A stretch of 63,658 nt of DNA, the filler included, from Octopus bimaculoides (Eukaryota): the NCBI RefSeq assembly GCF_001194135.2. It is 5 parts of 4 records of this genome, joined end to end, with 100 filler letters (N's around TTAATTAATTAA, not from the genome) between each part and the next. Parts side by side here need not be neighbours in the genome. Positions count along the whole stretch, not along the records: positions 1 to 25,197 come from NC_068981.1; 4 more parts are not named here. One strand, given 5' to 3'. Shown here piece after piece: positions 1-13,337 of this stretch (the stretch's first letter is position 1; each line of letters starts with the position of its first letter). The notes beneath the pieces are model-generated. The model saw only the letters and a list, made by a program, of their open reading frames with translations, did no database searches and was not told the origin of the DNA. The position numbers and the translations under genes are program-made.

Positions 1-243
1 ACAAACCTTATTCAGGGACCTTTTGAGCAGGATGGGCTACTCGACCTGACGAAAATTCTAACTGGGCCCCACCTACGAGGTCATGTGCTGTTTATCTTGA
101 TATGAGATTACCATGTCGCGCACATATGGTTGTGATGCATGTGCCTGGTGTACCCTTATCAGATGGGTAGTCATGATGGGTATAATGGGCTTCGTATATT
201 TTACCCCAGTATCACTTTGATGGCATGCACTGCTCTCCCACTC

Positions 244-297
<54 letters not shown>
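1..297 (+). mobile_element. 3' part of unclassified interspersed repeat (family E) with (AAT)n tail
   Basis: Aligns with 31715-31962 (ccttattcagggaccttttgagc...gcatgcactgctctc.cactcaataataat). Confidence 0.8.
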
Positions 298-298
<1 letters not shown>

Positions 299-324
299 TG
301 TGACGATACAGGTTGCATTTTGTG

Positions 325-435
325 TGATTCCGGATGGTGCTCGAAAAATAAGTGTGTTACCTTAGTTCACTGGTACTGAACAGCTGGCACCATAGTACAT
401 CTCCAGCGTTAGAAGCTGTGCAAAGACAATATTAA
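325..435 (+). mobile_element. R4/Dong-like non-LTR retrotransposon 3' end fragment
   Basis: ggatggtgctcgaaaaataa...gctgtgcaaagacaat, a near-duplicate of 520-625, followed by an AAT-like tail. Confidence 0.6.
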
Positions 436-469
436 TAACGATAATAATAACGGTAGTGAGTGGTGGTGG

Positions 470-619
470 TGGGGTGAAGCACTTGCAGAAAACGGCACCG
501 CTTGGAACCGCTCGAATACTCTGGATGGTGCTCGAAAAATAAGGGGTGTTACCTTAGTTCACTGGTAGTGAACAGCTGACATCGTAATACATCTCCAGCG
601 TTAGAAGCTGTGCAAAGAC

Positions 620-680
<61 letters not shown>
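470..680 (+). mobile_element. R4/Dong-like non-LTR retrotransposon 3' end fragment
   Basis: Translates GVKHLQKTAPLGTARILWMVLEK*, resembling the LQK..LLGTARILR.VL C-terminus of RLE-type R4/Dong ORFs; followed by a short UTR and (AAT)n tail. Confidence 0.7.
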
Positions 681-681
<1 letters not shown>

Positions 682-750
682 TAATAATAATAATAATTTA
701 TTCTTTTATTGGCCACAAGGGCAAATATATACAAACATAAAAGGGCATGT

Positions 751-794
<44 letters not shown>

Positions 795-799
<5 letters not shown>

Positions 800-995
800 T
801 GGTTTCGAATTTTTCCACAAGGGCAGTCATTTTGGGGAAGGGGACGAGTCGATTACATCGACCCCAGTGTTCCACTCGTACTTATTTTATCGATTTCCGG
901 AAACGATGAAAGGTAAAGTCGACCTTGGCAGAATTTGAACTCAGAACGTACCGACACATGAAATATTGCTACGCATTTCGCCCGGCGTGTTAACA
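795..995 (-). mobile_element. tRNA-derived SINE family B
   Basis: Contains the family body gttctgagttcaaattc..aggtcgac.ttacctttcatc; (AAT)n tail at 750-797. Confidence 0.85.
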
Positions 996-999
996 ATAA

Positions 1000-1033
<34 letters not shown>

Positions 1034-1035
1034 GG

Positions 1036-1072
<37 letters not shown>

Positions 1073-1119
1073 TAAACGTTCAGCTTTTGCCGAACGATCT
1101 GCATAAATGATTTGTGTGT

Positions 1120-1322
1120 AGTGCTCAAACGTTCGTGCCGCACATTAGCTCACTCCCCTCCATCAAATCGACGCTGCCTGAACAGGTGCACTGTGTGCCG
1201 CACGCCAGGTGTTGAAGTGAGATGAAGTGTCTTGCTCAAGAGCACAACGCGAACATTCCAGTCTAGGAATTGAAATCACGATCCCGCGATTGTGAGTGCA
1301 ACACTCTGACCACCAGACCATG
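1120..1322 (-). mobile_element. tRNA-derived SINE, family D head with an alternative tail
   Basis: Minus strand has a tRNA-like head then gtgctcttgagcaagacacttcatctc; homologous to 36645-36820. Confidence 0.65.
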
Positions 1323-1350
1323 CAAAATTTCAGGTCCAATAAGGCCGGTA

Positions 1351-1575
1351 TATACATACGTACATACATACATACATACATACATACATACATACATACA
1401 TACGTACATACATACATACATACGTACATACATACATACATACATACATACATACATACATACATACATACATANNNNNNNNNNATACATACATACATAC
1501 GTACGTACGTACATACATACGTACGTACGTACGTACATACATACATACATACATACATACATACATACATACATC
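1351..1575. repeat. (TACA)n/(TACG)n tetranucleotide microsatellite
   Basis: Directly visible; explains the YVCM/HTYI ORFs. Confidence 0.98.
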
Positions 1576-1947
1576 GGCCTGATGTGTAATTAGTGGAGTA
1601 CCCCACGTTGAGTAATAATGACTTCCGAGGATTTGCTAGTTAAGAAACATATGTAGCCTGGAGTTTACCTGCTCCATTCCCTCAATTTGGATTTTTATTT
1701 GCATTCATAGCAACCCTTGTTGCTAACCGGGAACTACAGAAAAAACAACAAAATTTGTTTTCGACTTAACGAAATTCGTTATGGGGAAAACCTACAACCT
1801 TCGATGTCAATAAACTATTATTGTTCCTGAAATTGTTTCTTATACTCACCACGGACTCCTCGAGGCTTACTAACTTCCTACACCTAGATCCTTGGGTCTT
1901 ATAATTACATATATCATATATGTATGTATATATGTATGTATGTATGT

Positions 1948-1984
<37 letters not shown>

Positions 1985-2859
1985 AAGCCGGTGTCATCAT
2001 CATTATATTATTTATCTTCAATATCATCGTCAAAATTCCATTTTATCAATCTCTCTGTTATTTCGTCTGAGTCAATCCTTAAAGTCAATAATTGTCTTTC
2101 ACTGACGGTAAGCCAATATTTTCCCCCACAACAGATGGTGTATATTATGAGTCAAAATTCTTAATAATCTTAGAAAATCGAAAATAACTGGAAAATCGTA
2201 ATTCGTGGCAACTACCCAATAATCATTACTAATTTACAAAAGTTCCCCACATTAGAGTCGATTTTTCTGTTAGAATTAAAAAGTCAAACAATCTATTTTT
2301 AAACTATGATATTATGTAATTTCTGAAACCCAGTCAGAATTTATGCAACATTTTAAGCCACAAAGTAAAGAGTTTATTTGTGTTTCGTTTATTTTACCGA
2401 AGATGACAATCTGTATAATTTTCTATCTAAACAAATGATCAAAAACACAGATAATAATTTGCTTGCGTCAGCGGAAATACAGTTTATATTTTGACGCTTT
2501 ATTTCTGAATTCAAATACTGCCGAAAGTATCTTCACTTTTCATGATTGCAGGATCGGTTAAATAAAATATATGTCATATACTGGGGTTGAGTTAATCAAC
2601 AAGCCCCTCTCCAACAAATCTTTGGCCTTGCGCCTTGTGTTAGCAAGGATTATATGTTGTTAAATTGGAGGAATCGTTACAGCGTCGGACAAAATATCTT
2701 ACGGTATTTCTTCCGATACTTTAATTCAAATCTCGTAGTAACCAACGTTGCTTTTCATCATTTTGGATTCGATAAAATAAGGTAGTATTCAATTACTAGA
2801 ACCATGTAATCGATTTAACACCTCCCCCTCAAAACTACTGTACCGAAATTAGAATTTAT

Positions 2860-3900
2860 TGTGCTTGTTGTTGTTGCTGTTTCATGCATTTTATTGGATG
2901 GCAGAATCGGTTGAGCGCCAACTTGAAAAAGTCGGTGAAGGCTTGGTTGAAAGAGAAAATGTCTGCTACTAGTACTTTCAGTTGCGTCCACTGCACAAAG
3001 TCTTTCGCCATAGCCACCAGACACAGGAAAACTGCCTGCCCTTCGCGGCCAAAGGAAGGCGGCGAGGCGATCATTATCGTGTAGTTGGCTGATAGCCAGA
3101 TCTGTCCTACATATGGTAGCAGTTGTTCGACATGACTCTACATGTCAGTAGTACCTTCGCACTGTACATGCAGGATGGTTTCGTCGCTCTGCGCGCATAT
3201 CGGCCATACCTGTAGAGTTTATCTTTAACCGGCAATAGTTCTCGGCAACACTGCAAGACCAGTGATTTCCGAAAGTCCTCTGGAAGTAAAAAAACCCAGC
3301 CATTTGATTTTCATCGAAGCTCAGAGTTCCCCTGGGGACGCTGTCGCTCTTCTCTATCACGTCTTCTATAAAACCCCATGCTAGAACATCTAACAACCGC
3401 ATTACCTGACTGACACAGTGCTGTTAACGTCTACCGGCAATTTAGTTGCCAGCCGCCTTGGTCTACGCTTGAACCATGGTTGCAGATTTGTCAGAGACGA
3501 ACTGTGGAAAAGTGACTCTGAAAACGGCAACCACATCTGCTCACCGTCTAGGAAATGCGGAAGATGTCGCCGCCTAGGCACATCATCAGACGCGCCTTGC
3601 CCAGTCCTCCATTCAGCGGATGTTGACAGCAAATGAATCGTTTGCCCAGTGGATCGCGTCCTTCTAGAGAAAACGGAAGTAAACGCTCAAGTTCGGTGAA
3701 GAAGGGTACGACAGTCAGGCGGTAATATATGATGTAAACGTTCGCCACCTCAGCCCGACTTTTAAAGGGTAGCTTTCGCTTGGCCCATTTTGGATGCGAT
3801 TGGTCATCCTGGAGATCTGGATCCTCCAATCCCTCCGTCAGCGTCTACAACGATGTTGGACGGCATGGATCTGCTGCACCTAGTACCGATCTCTAAACAC
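2860..3900 (-). mobile_element. L1/Tx1-clade LINE ORF2 C-terminal relic, frameshifted
   Basis: Minus-strand frames give W..RKLPFKSRAEVANVY..YYRLTVVP..TELERLL...CCQHPLNGGLG, then RRRHL..FLDGEQMW and ...GQAVFLCLVAMAK. The region after RT with its GGLG motif is typical of L1/Tx1 ORF2; multiple frameshifts. Confidence 0.8.
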
Positions 3901-3994
3901 GTTAAAAAATACTGAGGTATATTGTATCCACAATGATTCTTCCTTTAAAACTGCTTTCCTTGAACTTAAATCACAAACAAATAAAGACAGCAAA

Positions 3995-4390
3995 CTGGTA
4001 GAATCGTTAGATCATCGAGAAAATATGCCTTGCTCTATGTCTGTCGGCTCTTTACGTTCTGAGTTCAAAAACCCTCCTGGATAAACTTTGTCCTTCATTC
4101 TTTCGGATGAATAAACTAAAACAAAGTACCAGACAAGTACTGGGATCTTGTGCCTAAATCAGAAACCATTATTGAAAGCGGGAGGTTAATATATTGGTAG
4201 AATCGTTAACGAGTCGGATAAAATATTTTTTGGTATTTAGTTTACAGCTCTGTATGTTCTGGGTTCAAATTCCATCGAGGCGAACTTTGCTTTTCATCCT
4301 TATGATAAAATATATTACCGCTCAGCTACGGTAATAGATATAATTGTATAATCCCTTCGCAAAAACTTAAGTCATTGACCTAATGTAACA
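3995..4390 (+). mobile_element. Two degenerate SINE B copies
   Basis: tggtagaatcgttag...acgttctgagttcaaa at about 3995-4170 and ggtagaatcgtta...gttctgggttcaaattcc at about 4195-4390. Confidence 0.65.
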
Positions 4391-5172
4391 AATTAATATC
4401 ATTCAAGGCGTGCTATGAGAGAAGCGGTAAGGCGATGCGTTGCTGCATTACGTCACGTCTACAAATGGATTGCGCTCACATCTCACCAAGGTCAGTTGTG
4501 TCTTTCGTCTTTCCGAGGTCCATGAAATATGTATCATTCAACTACTTAGAATCCAATAAAATCGACAACATCCGTGATGCCAAAATGTCTGGCATTATTT
4601 TTTGTTTACTTTTAAATCGAAACTGAACAGGATTTTCTTTCTTTGTTTCGTGCTTTCTTTCTTTTCTTTTTTTTTTTTTCTGTGTTGTGTTTTGTTTTAA
4701 AGTTCCGTTCGAAAAAATCCCCCCCACCACCACCACCACCACCGAAATAGAAATAGACATGAAAACGGTAAAAACCACTCTTTGCATCGCCCTCTACACA
4801 TTCACNNNNNNNNNNNNNNNNNNNNNNNNNNNNNNNNNNNNNNNNNNNNNNNNNNNNNNNNNNNNNNNNNNNNNNNNNNNNNNNNNNNNNNNNNNNNNNN
4901 NNNNNNNNNNNNNNNNNNNNNNNNNNNNNNNNNNNNNNNNNNNNNNNNNNNNNNNNNNNNNNNNNNNNNNNNNNNNNNNNNNNNNNNNNNNNNNNNNNNN
5001 NNNNNNNNNNNNNNNNNNNNNNNNNNNNNNNNNNNNNNNNNNNNNNNNNNNNNNNNNNNNNNNNNNNNNNNNNNNNNNNNNNNNNNNNNNNNNNNNNNNN
5101 NNNNNNNNNNNNNNNNNNNNNNNNNNNNNNNNNNNNNNNNNNNNNNNNNNNNNNNNNNNNNNNNNNNNNNNN

Positions 5173-5570
5173 CCTTGTGGGCAATAAAAACAAAAGAAAC
5201 GTTAGCAGGCTGGACGAAATGCTTAGCGGTATTTCGTCTGCCGTAACGTTCTGAGTTCAAATTCCGCCGAGGTCGACTTTGCCTTTCATCCTTTCGGGGT
5301 CGATAAGTTAAGTACCAGTTACGCACTGGGGTCGATGTGATCGACTTAATCCCTTTGTCTGTCCTTATTTGTCCCCTCTATGTTTAGCCCCTTGTGGGCA
5401 ATAAAAACAAAAGAAACGTTAGCAGGCTGGACGAAATGCTTAGCGGTATTTCGTCTGCCGTAACGTTCTGAGTTCAAATTCCGCCGAGGTCGACTTTGCC
5501 TTTCATCCTTTCGGGGTCGATAAATTAAGTACCAGTTGTATATTGGGATCGACCTAATCGACTGGACCCC
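5173..5570 (+). mobile_element. Head-to-tail SINE B tandem (217-bp unit)
   Basis: ccttgtgggcaataaaaacaaaagaaacgttagcaggctggacg... starts at both 5173 and 5390. Confidence 0.9.
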
Positions 5571-6346
5571 ATCAGAAATTGTTTTGAGTTGAGTGGGAGT
5601 GCTAAATACCTTTGTTCGAAAATATAAGGACGCAGATCGTGTCGTATAATCAGCTGGAGACGATGTCTCATGGGGCTAAATTACAGCAACATTCGTTCTA
5701 AATCAGGACTGCCGTGTTATGTTGACAAATAATTTTCACCATATTAACTACTTTCAAAACCCTATATTACAGGCAACAAGCACACACACATACACACATG
5801 CTATCATTCACTCACACACATATATACACACGCTCACTCTAAAGGCGGGCCTTATTTAAAAGGGGTAAACCAAAAGAAAAAGTATATACTTAGGACTACA
5901 TTGCCCTTCTTATTTAAGATAGTAGGGTGGAACTTGAGATAGTTTGGGCAGCATTTCAAGCAGGTTTAGGTGAGTGATTAGAGACTCCTATTTGTTCGTG
6001 TCTGACTGTTAGAAAAATCCCAAGAACAGGTCGACAAAATACATTAAGAGTACCCGGCAAAAAATATTTATTTCTGATGTTGTTTAAAATTTGGAGGGAG
6101 GAATTGTAGATTAAAAATGTCCAAGTATTGCTTATTCCGATGGGATTTGAACTCAGAACATAAAATAGAAAAATAAATAGATAAACACTGCAAAAATATT
6201 TTGTTCGGCGCACTACTGCTTTCATCATCAGCAATACCTACGTGTTCGTTTGAAGTACAAGAAATAGCAAACAAACCTCTGGCAAATTACACTTACTGGT
6301 TTCACAAGCGAAAGATACATTAGATAATATGGTACTAGATATATTA

Positions 6347-6713
6347 TGGAGGCGCAATGGCCCAGTGGTTAGGGCAGCGGACTCGCGGTCATAGGATCGC
6401 GGTTTCGATTCCCAGACCGAGCATTGAGAGTGCTTATTGAGCAAAAACACCTAAAAGCTCCACGAGGCTCCGGCAGGGAATGGTGGCGAACCCTGCTGTA
6501 CTCTTTCTCTCACTCTTTCTTCCTGTTTCTGTTGTGCCTGTAATTCAAAGGGTCAGCCTTGTCACAGTGTGTCACGTTGAATAACCCCGAGAATTACGTT
6601 AAGGGTACACGTGGAGTACTCAGCCACTTGCACGTTAATTTCACGAGCAGGCTGTTCCGTTGATCGGATTAACTGGAACTCTCAACGTCGTAAGCGACGG
6701 AGAGCCAACAACA
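6347..6713 (+). mobile_element. tRNA-derived SINE family A
   Basis: Head TGGCCCAGTGGTTAGG (A box) and GGTTTCGATTCC (B box-like); about 370-390 bp body; CAA-repeat tail; homologous to the copies at 7703, 9689 and 18798. Confidence 0.9.
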
Positions 6714-7099
6714 AGATACATTATGTCAGAAAGTCGAGCAGGTCAGCAGTGGAACGCTTCTTATCGTAAGATTTCTCTATCAGCGATGACCAGAAAGGAT
6801 CAAGACAACAATGTCACCACCACCACCATGATCAACAACAACAACAGCAACAACTACTACTACTACTACTACTACTAGGAAGCTAAAAACTAAATGAATT
6901 ACAGAAATTTGCTGTTTATAAATACCGCAACCGGATTTTTTTTATTATCATGTTTCTTTGTTTTCATTCAGATTTCAATTTGTTGTTGTCTTGTATTTCC
7001 TTTCGACGTTTTTTCTATTTATAGACATAATTGCAATAAAATACCGTTGTGCTAATTTCTCAACAAAAATTGCCATTATTATAAACTAATTAAAGAGAG

Positions 7100-7550
7100 G
7101 CGAGCTGGATGAATAATTAACATGCCGGATAAAATGCTTAGCGGTTTTTCTTCCGGATTTACGTTCTGATTTCAAATTCCACCGAGGTTGACTTTGCTTT
7201 TCATCCTGTCGAGGTCGATAAAATAAGTACCAGCTGAACACTGGGGTCAATGAAATTGACTCAGCCCCTCCCCAAAATTTGCTGGCCTTGTGCCAAAATT
7301 TGAAACCATTATTATAAACTAATTTAAGGGTTATGAGCTAAAAGACTTGTTAGAATCCCGGAGAAAATGGCTCGCAGCTTTTCTTCTGACAATACGTTCT
7401 GAGTTCAAATTCCGCAAGAGCCGACATTGCCTCTCATCCTTTCGGTGTCGTTAAAATAAATACCAAGTTGAGCATTGAGGTCGATATAATCGACTAGCCC
7501 CCATCTCAACAAATTCCAGGTTTTGTGTCTATAGTAGAAAGGATCATTAT
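7100..7550 (+). mobile_element. Two SINE B copies (about 7100-7310 and 7345-7550)
   Basis: ggcgagctgg...aaatgcttagcgg...aaattccaccgaggttgactttgc; second copy is more diverged. Confidence 0.8.
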
Positions 7551-7702
7551 AGACTAATTTTCGGATTCAGGCGTGGAACCGCAACAGTATGGTAAATGAA
7601 ATATTATTCAGGATAACTTTTTAAAACTAAGATTGGTAACGGCAGAATGTAGAACACAGGTGTTCAAATGTTGTTTAACAGCAACTTGATAATAATCAAG
7701 TG

Positions 7703-8096
7703 TGGAGGCGCAATGATGGCCCAGCGGTTAGGGTAGCGGACTCGCAGTCATAGGATCGCGGTTTCGATTCCCACACCGGACGTTGTGAGTGTTTATTTAG
7801 CGAAAACACATAAAAGCTCCACGAAGCTCCGGCAGGGGATGATGGCGAACCCTGCTGTACTCTTTCACCACAATTTCTCTCACTCTTACTTCCTGTTTCT
7901 GTTGTGCCTGTAATTCAAAGGGTCGGCCTTGTCACACTGTGTCACACTGAATATCACCGAGAACTACGTTAAGGATACACGTGTCTGTGGAGTGCTCAGC
8001 CACTTGCACGTTAATTTCACGAGCAGGCTGTTCCGTTGATCGGATCAACTGGAACCCTCGTCGTCGTAAGCGACGGAGTGCCAACAACAACAACAA
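7703..8096 (+). mobile_element. SINE family A
   Basis: Full-length homologue of 6347-6713. Confidence 0.9.
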
Positions 8097-8852
8097 TACT
8101 TNNNNNNNNNNNNNNNNNNNNNNNNNNNNNNNNNNNNNNNNNNNNNNNNNNNNNNNNNNNNNNNNNNNNNNNNNNNNNNNNNNNNNNNNNNNNNNNNNNN
8201 NNNNNNNNNNNNNNNNNNNNNNNNNNNNNNNNNNNNNNNNNNNNNNNNNNNNNNNNNNNNNNNNNNNNNNNNNNNNNNNNNNNNNNNNNNNNNNNNNNNN
8301 NNNNNNNNNNNNNNNNNNNNNNNNNNNNNNNNNNNNNNNNNNNNNNNNNNNNNNNNNNNNNNNNNNNNNNNNNNNNNNNNNNNNNNNNNNNNNNNNNNNN
8401 NNNNNNNNNNNNNNNNNNNNNNNNNNNNNNNNNNNNNNNNNNNNNNNNNNNNNNNNNNNNNNNNNNNNNNNNNNNNNNNNNNNNNNNNNNNNNNNNNNNN
8501 NNNNNNNNNNNNNNNNNNNNNNNNNNNNNNNNNNNNNNNNNNNNNNNNNNNNNNNNNNNNNNNNNNNNNNNNNNNNNNNNNNNNNNNNNNNNNNNNNNNN
8601 NNNNNNNNNNNNNNNNNNNNNNNNNNNNNNNNNNNNNNNNNNNNNNNNNNNNNNNNNNNNNNNNNNNNNNNNNNNNNNNNNNNNNNNNNNNNNNNNNNNN
8701 NNNNNNNNNNNNNNNNNNNNNNNNNNNNNNNNNNNNNNNNNNNNNNNNNNNNNNNNNNNNNNNNNNNNNNNNNNNNNNNNNNNNNNNNNNNNNNNNNNNN
8801 NNNNNNNNNNNNNNNNNNNNNNNNNNNNNNNNNNNNNNNNNNNNNNNNNNNN

Positions 8853-9153
8853 GAAAGGATGAAAGGCAAAGTCGACCCCGGCGGAATTTGATCTCAGAAC
8901 GTAACAGCAGACGAAATACCTATTTCTTTATTGCCCACAAGGGGCTAAACATAGAGGGGACAAACAAGGACAGACAAAGGGATTAAGTCGATTACATCGA
9001 CCCCAGTGCTTAACTGGTACTTAATTTATCGACCCCGAAAGGATGAAAGGCAACGTCGACCTCGGCGGAATTTGAACTCAGAGCGTAACGGCAGACGAAA
9101 TACTGCTAAGCATTTCGCCCGGCGTGCTAACGTTTCTGCCAGCTCGCCGCCTT
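8853..9153 (-). mobile_element. Full SINE B (gtctgtccttgtttgtcc tail variant, B1) joined to a 5'-truncated copy
   Basis: Full copy at 8921-9153; partial copy at 8853-8920 runs into the gap. Confidence 0.9.
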
Positions 9154-9206
9154 CCTAACAATTATAATACTGATCAAGCAAACAGCACTGCAGGTGTAAA
9201 AAAAAA

Positions 9207-9642
9207 TCGTTTCAGTTCTTAGATTGCAGCCACGCCGGGGCAGTGCATTGAAGCATTTTAAGTCCAACGGATCAACACTCTAGTACTATTTTACAAACCT
9301 GGGACTATCGCTATCTATTGCCAAAACGCTGGGTTACGGAGATATAAACACTCTAACATTGGTTGCTAAGCGTTAGTGGGGGACAATCACATACGCGCGC
9401 GCGCGCACGCACACACACACACACACACGCGCACACACACATACATACGTACATACATATACATACACACACATATATATATATACGACGGGCTTCTTTC
9501 AGTTTCCGTCTACTAGATCCATTCACAAGGCTTTGGTCGACTCGAGGCTTTAGTCGAAGACACTCGCCCAGGGTGCCATGCAATGAGACTGATACCCGAC
9601 CCATGTGGTTAGAGATCAAGCTTCTTATCACACAGCCACACC
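9207..9642 (-). mobile_element. SINE family C with internal microsatellite
   Basis: Minus strand ggcaccctgggcgagtgtcttcgact...ggaaactgaaagaagcccgtcg(TA/GT)n...; the ccttgggcaag-type segment resembles CORE-like SINE central domains. Confidence 0.8.
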
Positions 9643-9688
9643 AAGCATATATGTATATATTTCAATACCAGTTTGTATGTCATCTTGG

Positions 9689-10028
9689 TGGAGGCGCAAT
9701 GGCGGACTCGCGGTCATAGGATCACGGTTTCGATTCCCAGACCGGACGTTGTGAGTGTTTATTGAGCGAAAACACCTAAGCTCCACGAGGCTCTGGCAGG
9801 GGTTGGTGGCGAACCCTGCTGTACTCTTTCACCACAACTTTCTCTCACTCTTTCTTCCTGTTTCTGTTGTATCTGTAATTCAAAGGGCCAGCCTTGTCAC
9901 ACTGTCACGCTGAATATCCCCGAGAACTACGTTAAGGGTACACGTGTCTGTGGAGTGCTCAGTCACTTGCACGTTAATATCACGAGCAGGCTGTTCCGTT
10001 AATCGTATCAACTGGAACCCTCGTCGTC
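9689..10028 (+). mobile_element. SINE family A with head deletion, truncated by gap
   Basis: Homologous to 7703-8096; lacks cccagtggttagggcag. Confidence 0.88.
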
Positions 10029-10603
10029 NNNNNNNNNNNNNNNNNNNNNNNNNNNNNNNNNNNNNNNNNNNNNNNNNNNNNNNNNNNNNNNNNNNNNNNN
10101 NNNNNNNNNNNNNNNNNNNNNNNNNNNNNNNNNNNNNNNNNNNNNNNNNNNNNNNNNNNNNNNNNNNNNNNNNNNNNNNNNNNNNNNNNNNNNNNNNNNN
10201 NNNNNNNNNNNNNNNNNNNNNNNNNNNNNNNNNNNNNNNNNNNNNNNNNNNNNNNNNNNNNNNNNNNNNNNNNNNNNNNNNNNNNNNNNNNNNNNNNNNN
10301 NNNNNNNNNNNNNNNNNNNNNNNNNNNNNNNNNNNNNNNNNNNNNNNNNNNNNNNNNNNNNNNNNNNNNNNNNNNNNNNNNNNNNNNNNNNNNNNNNNNN
10401 NNNNNNNNNNNNNNNNNNNNNNNNNNNNNNNNNNNNNNNNNNNNNNNNNNNNNNNNNNNNNNNNNNNNNNNNNNNNNNNNNNNNNNNNNNNNNNNNNNNN
10501 NNNNNNNNNNNNNNNNNNNNNNNNNNNNNNNNNNNNNNNNNNNNNNNNNNNNNNNNNNNNNNNNNNNNNNNNNNNNNNNNNNNNNNNNNNNNNNNNNNNN
10601 NNN

Positions 10604-10635
<32 letters not shown>

Positions 10636-12559
10636 GAATATAAATAACACGAAGACGAGGTAAAACCTTAAAAAAAAAAGACTATGTATTAGGTTTACGC
10701 TCAGAAAATGGTCAAAATAAGAAGGAAAACTTTTACGTTTCGAACCTAAGTTCTTCTTCGAGGAGAATAGAGAAAGAGACAAACAAAATGGAGGAAGAGA
10801 AGAACACGCGTATGTCTATCGAACGGTGACGGTATGCTGAGAAGACTGGAAGTGGCCACCTTAGGCGTAAGTGGCAAGGACAACTATGAGCTAGGCATAT
10901 ATCTGTGTCGGTGTATGTGTGTGTGTATGTGTATGAAGTTACTGAGTGCGTATATGCTGTGTTTGTGCATGTATGTATATATGCACGTGTGTGTGTGTGT
11001 TTGTCCTTTTTTTGTGTTTATGCGAGTGTATGAGGCTGTCTGGCATATGTCTGCGTACGTGTACGCATGCGTGTGTGATTATAAAAGTGGGGGAGGAGAT
11101 TAACATTACAACGAGTTTGCCGCGAATTTTTCAGCGGTAGTATTCGTTCATTTCATGAAAGAAACAGGAGATAATATGCAGGTTCAAAGATCTAAAAATG
11201 AAATCATTTCATTAAGTGAAGAGATTTATCAGTTAATTCTCCACTTTTTCCAGATAACAAGGATGTAGATAGACCAATTGCTTCATTATATGCAAAGAAT
11301 TAAACGGAAAAAGACATGAAAGTATGTCACGGCCTATCCCAAGTATATGAATCCACCAGAAAATAGAAACTCTATATGACAAACTAACGAATCACCGATT
11401 AATTCCATGTTGCAGCTTGTAGCGATAATCTGTTTCCAAATCAGGGAATAACAATTCGGCGGAAAACGAGATTAGTTAATAGTTAACTGTCTACATTGCT
11501 GTAGGATATATATANNNNNNNNNNNNNNNNNNNNNNNNNNNNNNNNNNNNNNNNNNNNNNNNNNNNNNNNNNNNNNNNNNNNNNNNNNNNNNNNNNNNNN
11601 NNNNNNNNNNNNNNNNNNNNNNNNNNNNNNNNNNNNNNNNNNNNNNNNNNNNNNNNNNNNNNNNNNNNNNNNNNNNNNNNNNNNNNNNNNNNNNNNNNNN
11701 NNNNNNNNNNNNNNNNNNNNNNNNNNNNNNNNNNNNNNNNNNNNNNNNNNNNNNNNNNNNNNNNNNNNNNNNNNNNNNNNNNNNNNNNNNNNNNNNNNNN
11801 NNNNNNNNNNNNNNNNNNNNNNNNNNNNNNNNNNNNNNNNNNNNNNNNNNNNNNNNNNNNNNNNNNNNNNNNNNNNNNNNNNNNNNNNNNNNNNNNNNNN
11901 NNNNNNNNNNNNNNNNNNNNNNNNNNNNNNNNNNNNNNNNNNNNNNNNNNNNNNNNNNNNNNNNNNNNNNNNNNNNNNNNNNNNNNNNNNNNNNNNNNNN
12001 NNNNNNNNNNNNNNNNNNNNNNNNNNNNNNNNNNNNNNNNNNNNNNNNNNNNNNNNNNNNNNNNNNNNNNNNNNNNNNNNNNNNNNNNNNNNNNNNNNNN
12101 NNNNNNNNNNNNNNNNNNNNNNNNNNNNNNNNNNNNNNNNNNNNNNNNNNNNNNNNNNNNNNNNNNNNNNNNNNNNNNNNNNNNNNNNNNNNNNNNNNNN
12201 NNNNNNNNNNNNNNNNNNNNNNNNNNNNNNNNNNNNNNNNNNNNNNNNNNNNNNNNNNNNNNNNNNNNNNNNNNNNNNNNNNNNNNNNNNNNNNNNNNNN
12301 NNNNNNNNNNNNNNNNNNNNNNNNNNNNNNNNNNNNNNNNNNNNNNNNNNNNNNNNNNNNNNNNNNNNNNNNNNNNNNNNNNNNNNNNNNNNNNNNNNNN
12401 NNNNNNNNNNNNNNNNNNNNNNNNNNNNNNNNNNNNNNNNNNNNNNNNNNNNNNNNNNNNNNNNNNNNNNTATATATACACACACACATACATATATATG
12501 CATAAAGATACACACACACAAACTCACATATATATATGTATATATGCATACATATATAC

Positions 12560-12780
12560 ACGAAGTGGTGCTGAAAAGTTCCTGGCTTTCAGGGTATCGC
12601 GAAAGGCCTGGTTGGGGACCCAACTTTCCCAGTTCTTTTACAGGACTTAGGAAAATTGAAGGACAATTGTAATAAGTGTGTGAATCTGAGAAAGGAATAT
12701 ATTGAATAGAATCATAATTAATTGATCCTCCTGTATTTTCTTTTACCCGAAACCAGGAACCTTTTTGCACCTTTACTTAT
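12560..12780 (+). mobile_element. Mariner non-autonomous element (MITE)
   Basis: Imperfect TIRs (gtgctgaaaagttcctgg / ccaggaacctttttgcac); internal GLRKLKDNCNKCVNLRKEYIE* resembles the mariner transposase C-terminus. Confidence 0.75.
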
Positions 12781-13287
12781 GTATGTGTATATAAATATAC
12801 GGTAGATATATACTTATGTATGTATGTATGTATGTATGTATGTATGTATGTATGTATGTATAGCACAATAAAGGTTACAAACTTCAAGTACTGGTTAGTT
12901 ACAGTTAATACTCAACTGCAAGGTAACTATATATATATATATATATATTTGTTTTGCAAGATTTATTGGCTAAACTGGCAATATGACCATCCCCAAGTAC
13001 AACAACATATATATATATATTTATTTATTTATTATAAGAAGATGAGAAAATAGAGAGGTAATTAATAAATTCTTATTTGTTAATTAAAAAGACTGACAAA
13101 CATTCCTCACAGCTGTTTCAATTCCAGACCTTTAGAAAATTAACTAATAAAATTAAAAATTAAAAATTCAGAAGTAGTTTCAGATATACAAAATAGGTGT
13201 CCAATTCCAACATGTTCAGTGCTTACTAGTTTTCGCTTTACGAGCGTTCTCCGGGAACAAATTAACTCGTATATCGAAGCATTACTG

Positions 13288-13337
<50 letters not shown>

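Noticed and set aside
6347-6420. tRNA-like sequences at SINE heads
   Set aside because: They retain A/B boxes but not a full cloverleaf, and they continue into SINE bodies; not called as tRNA genes.
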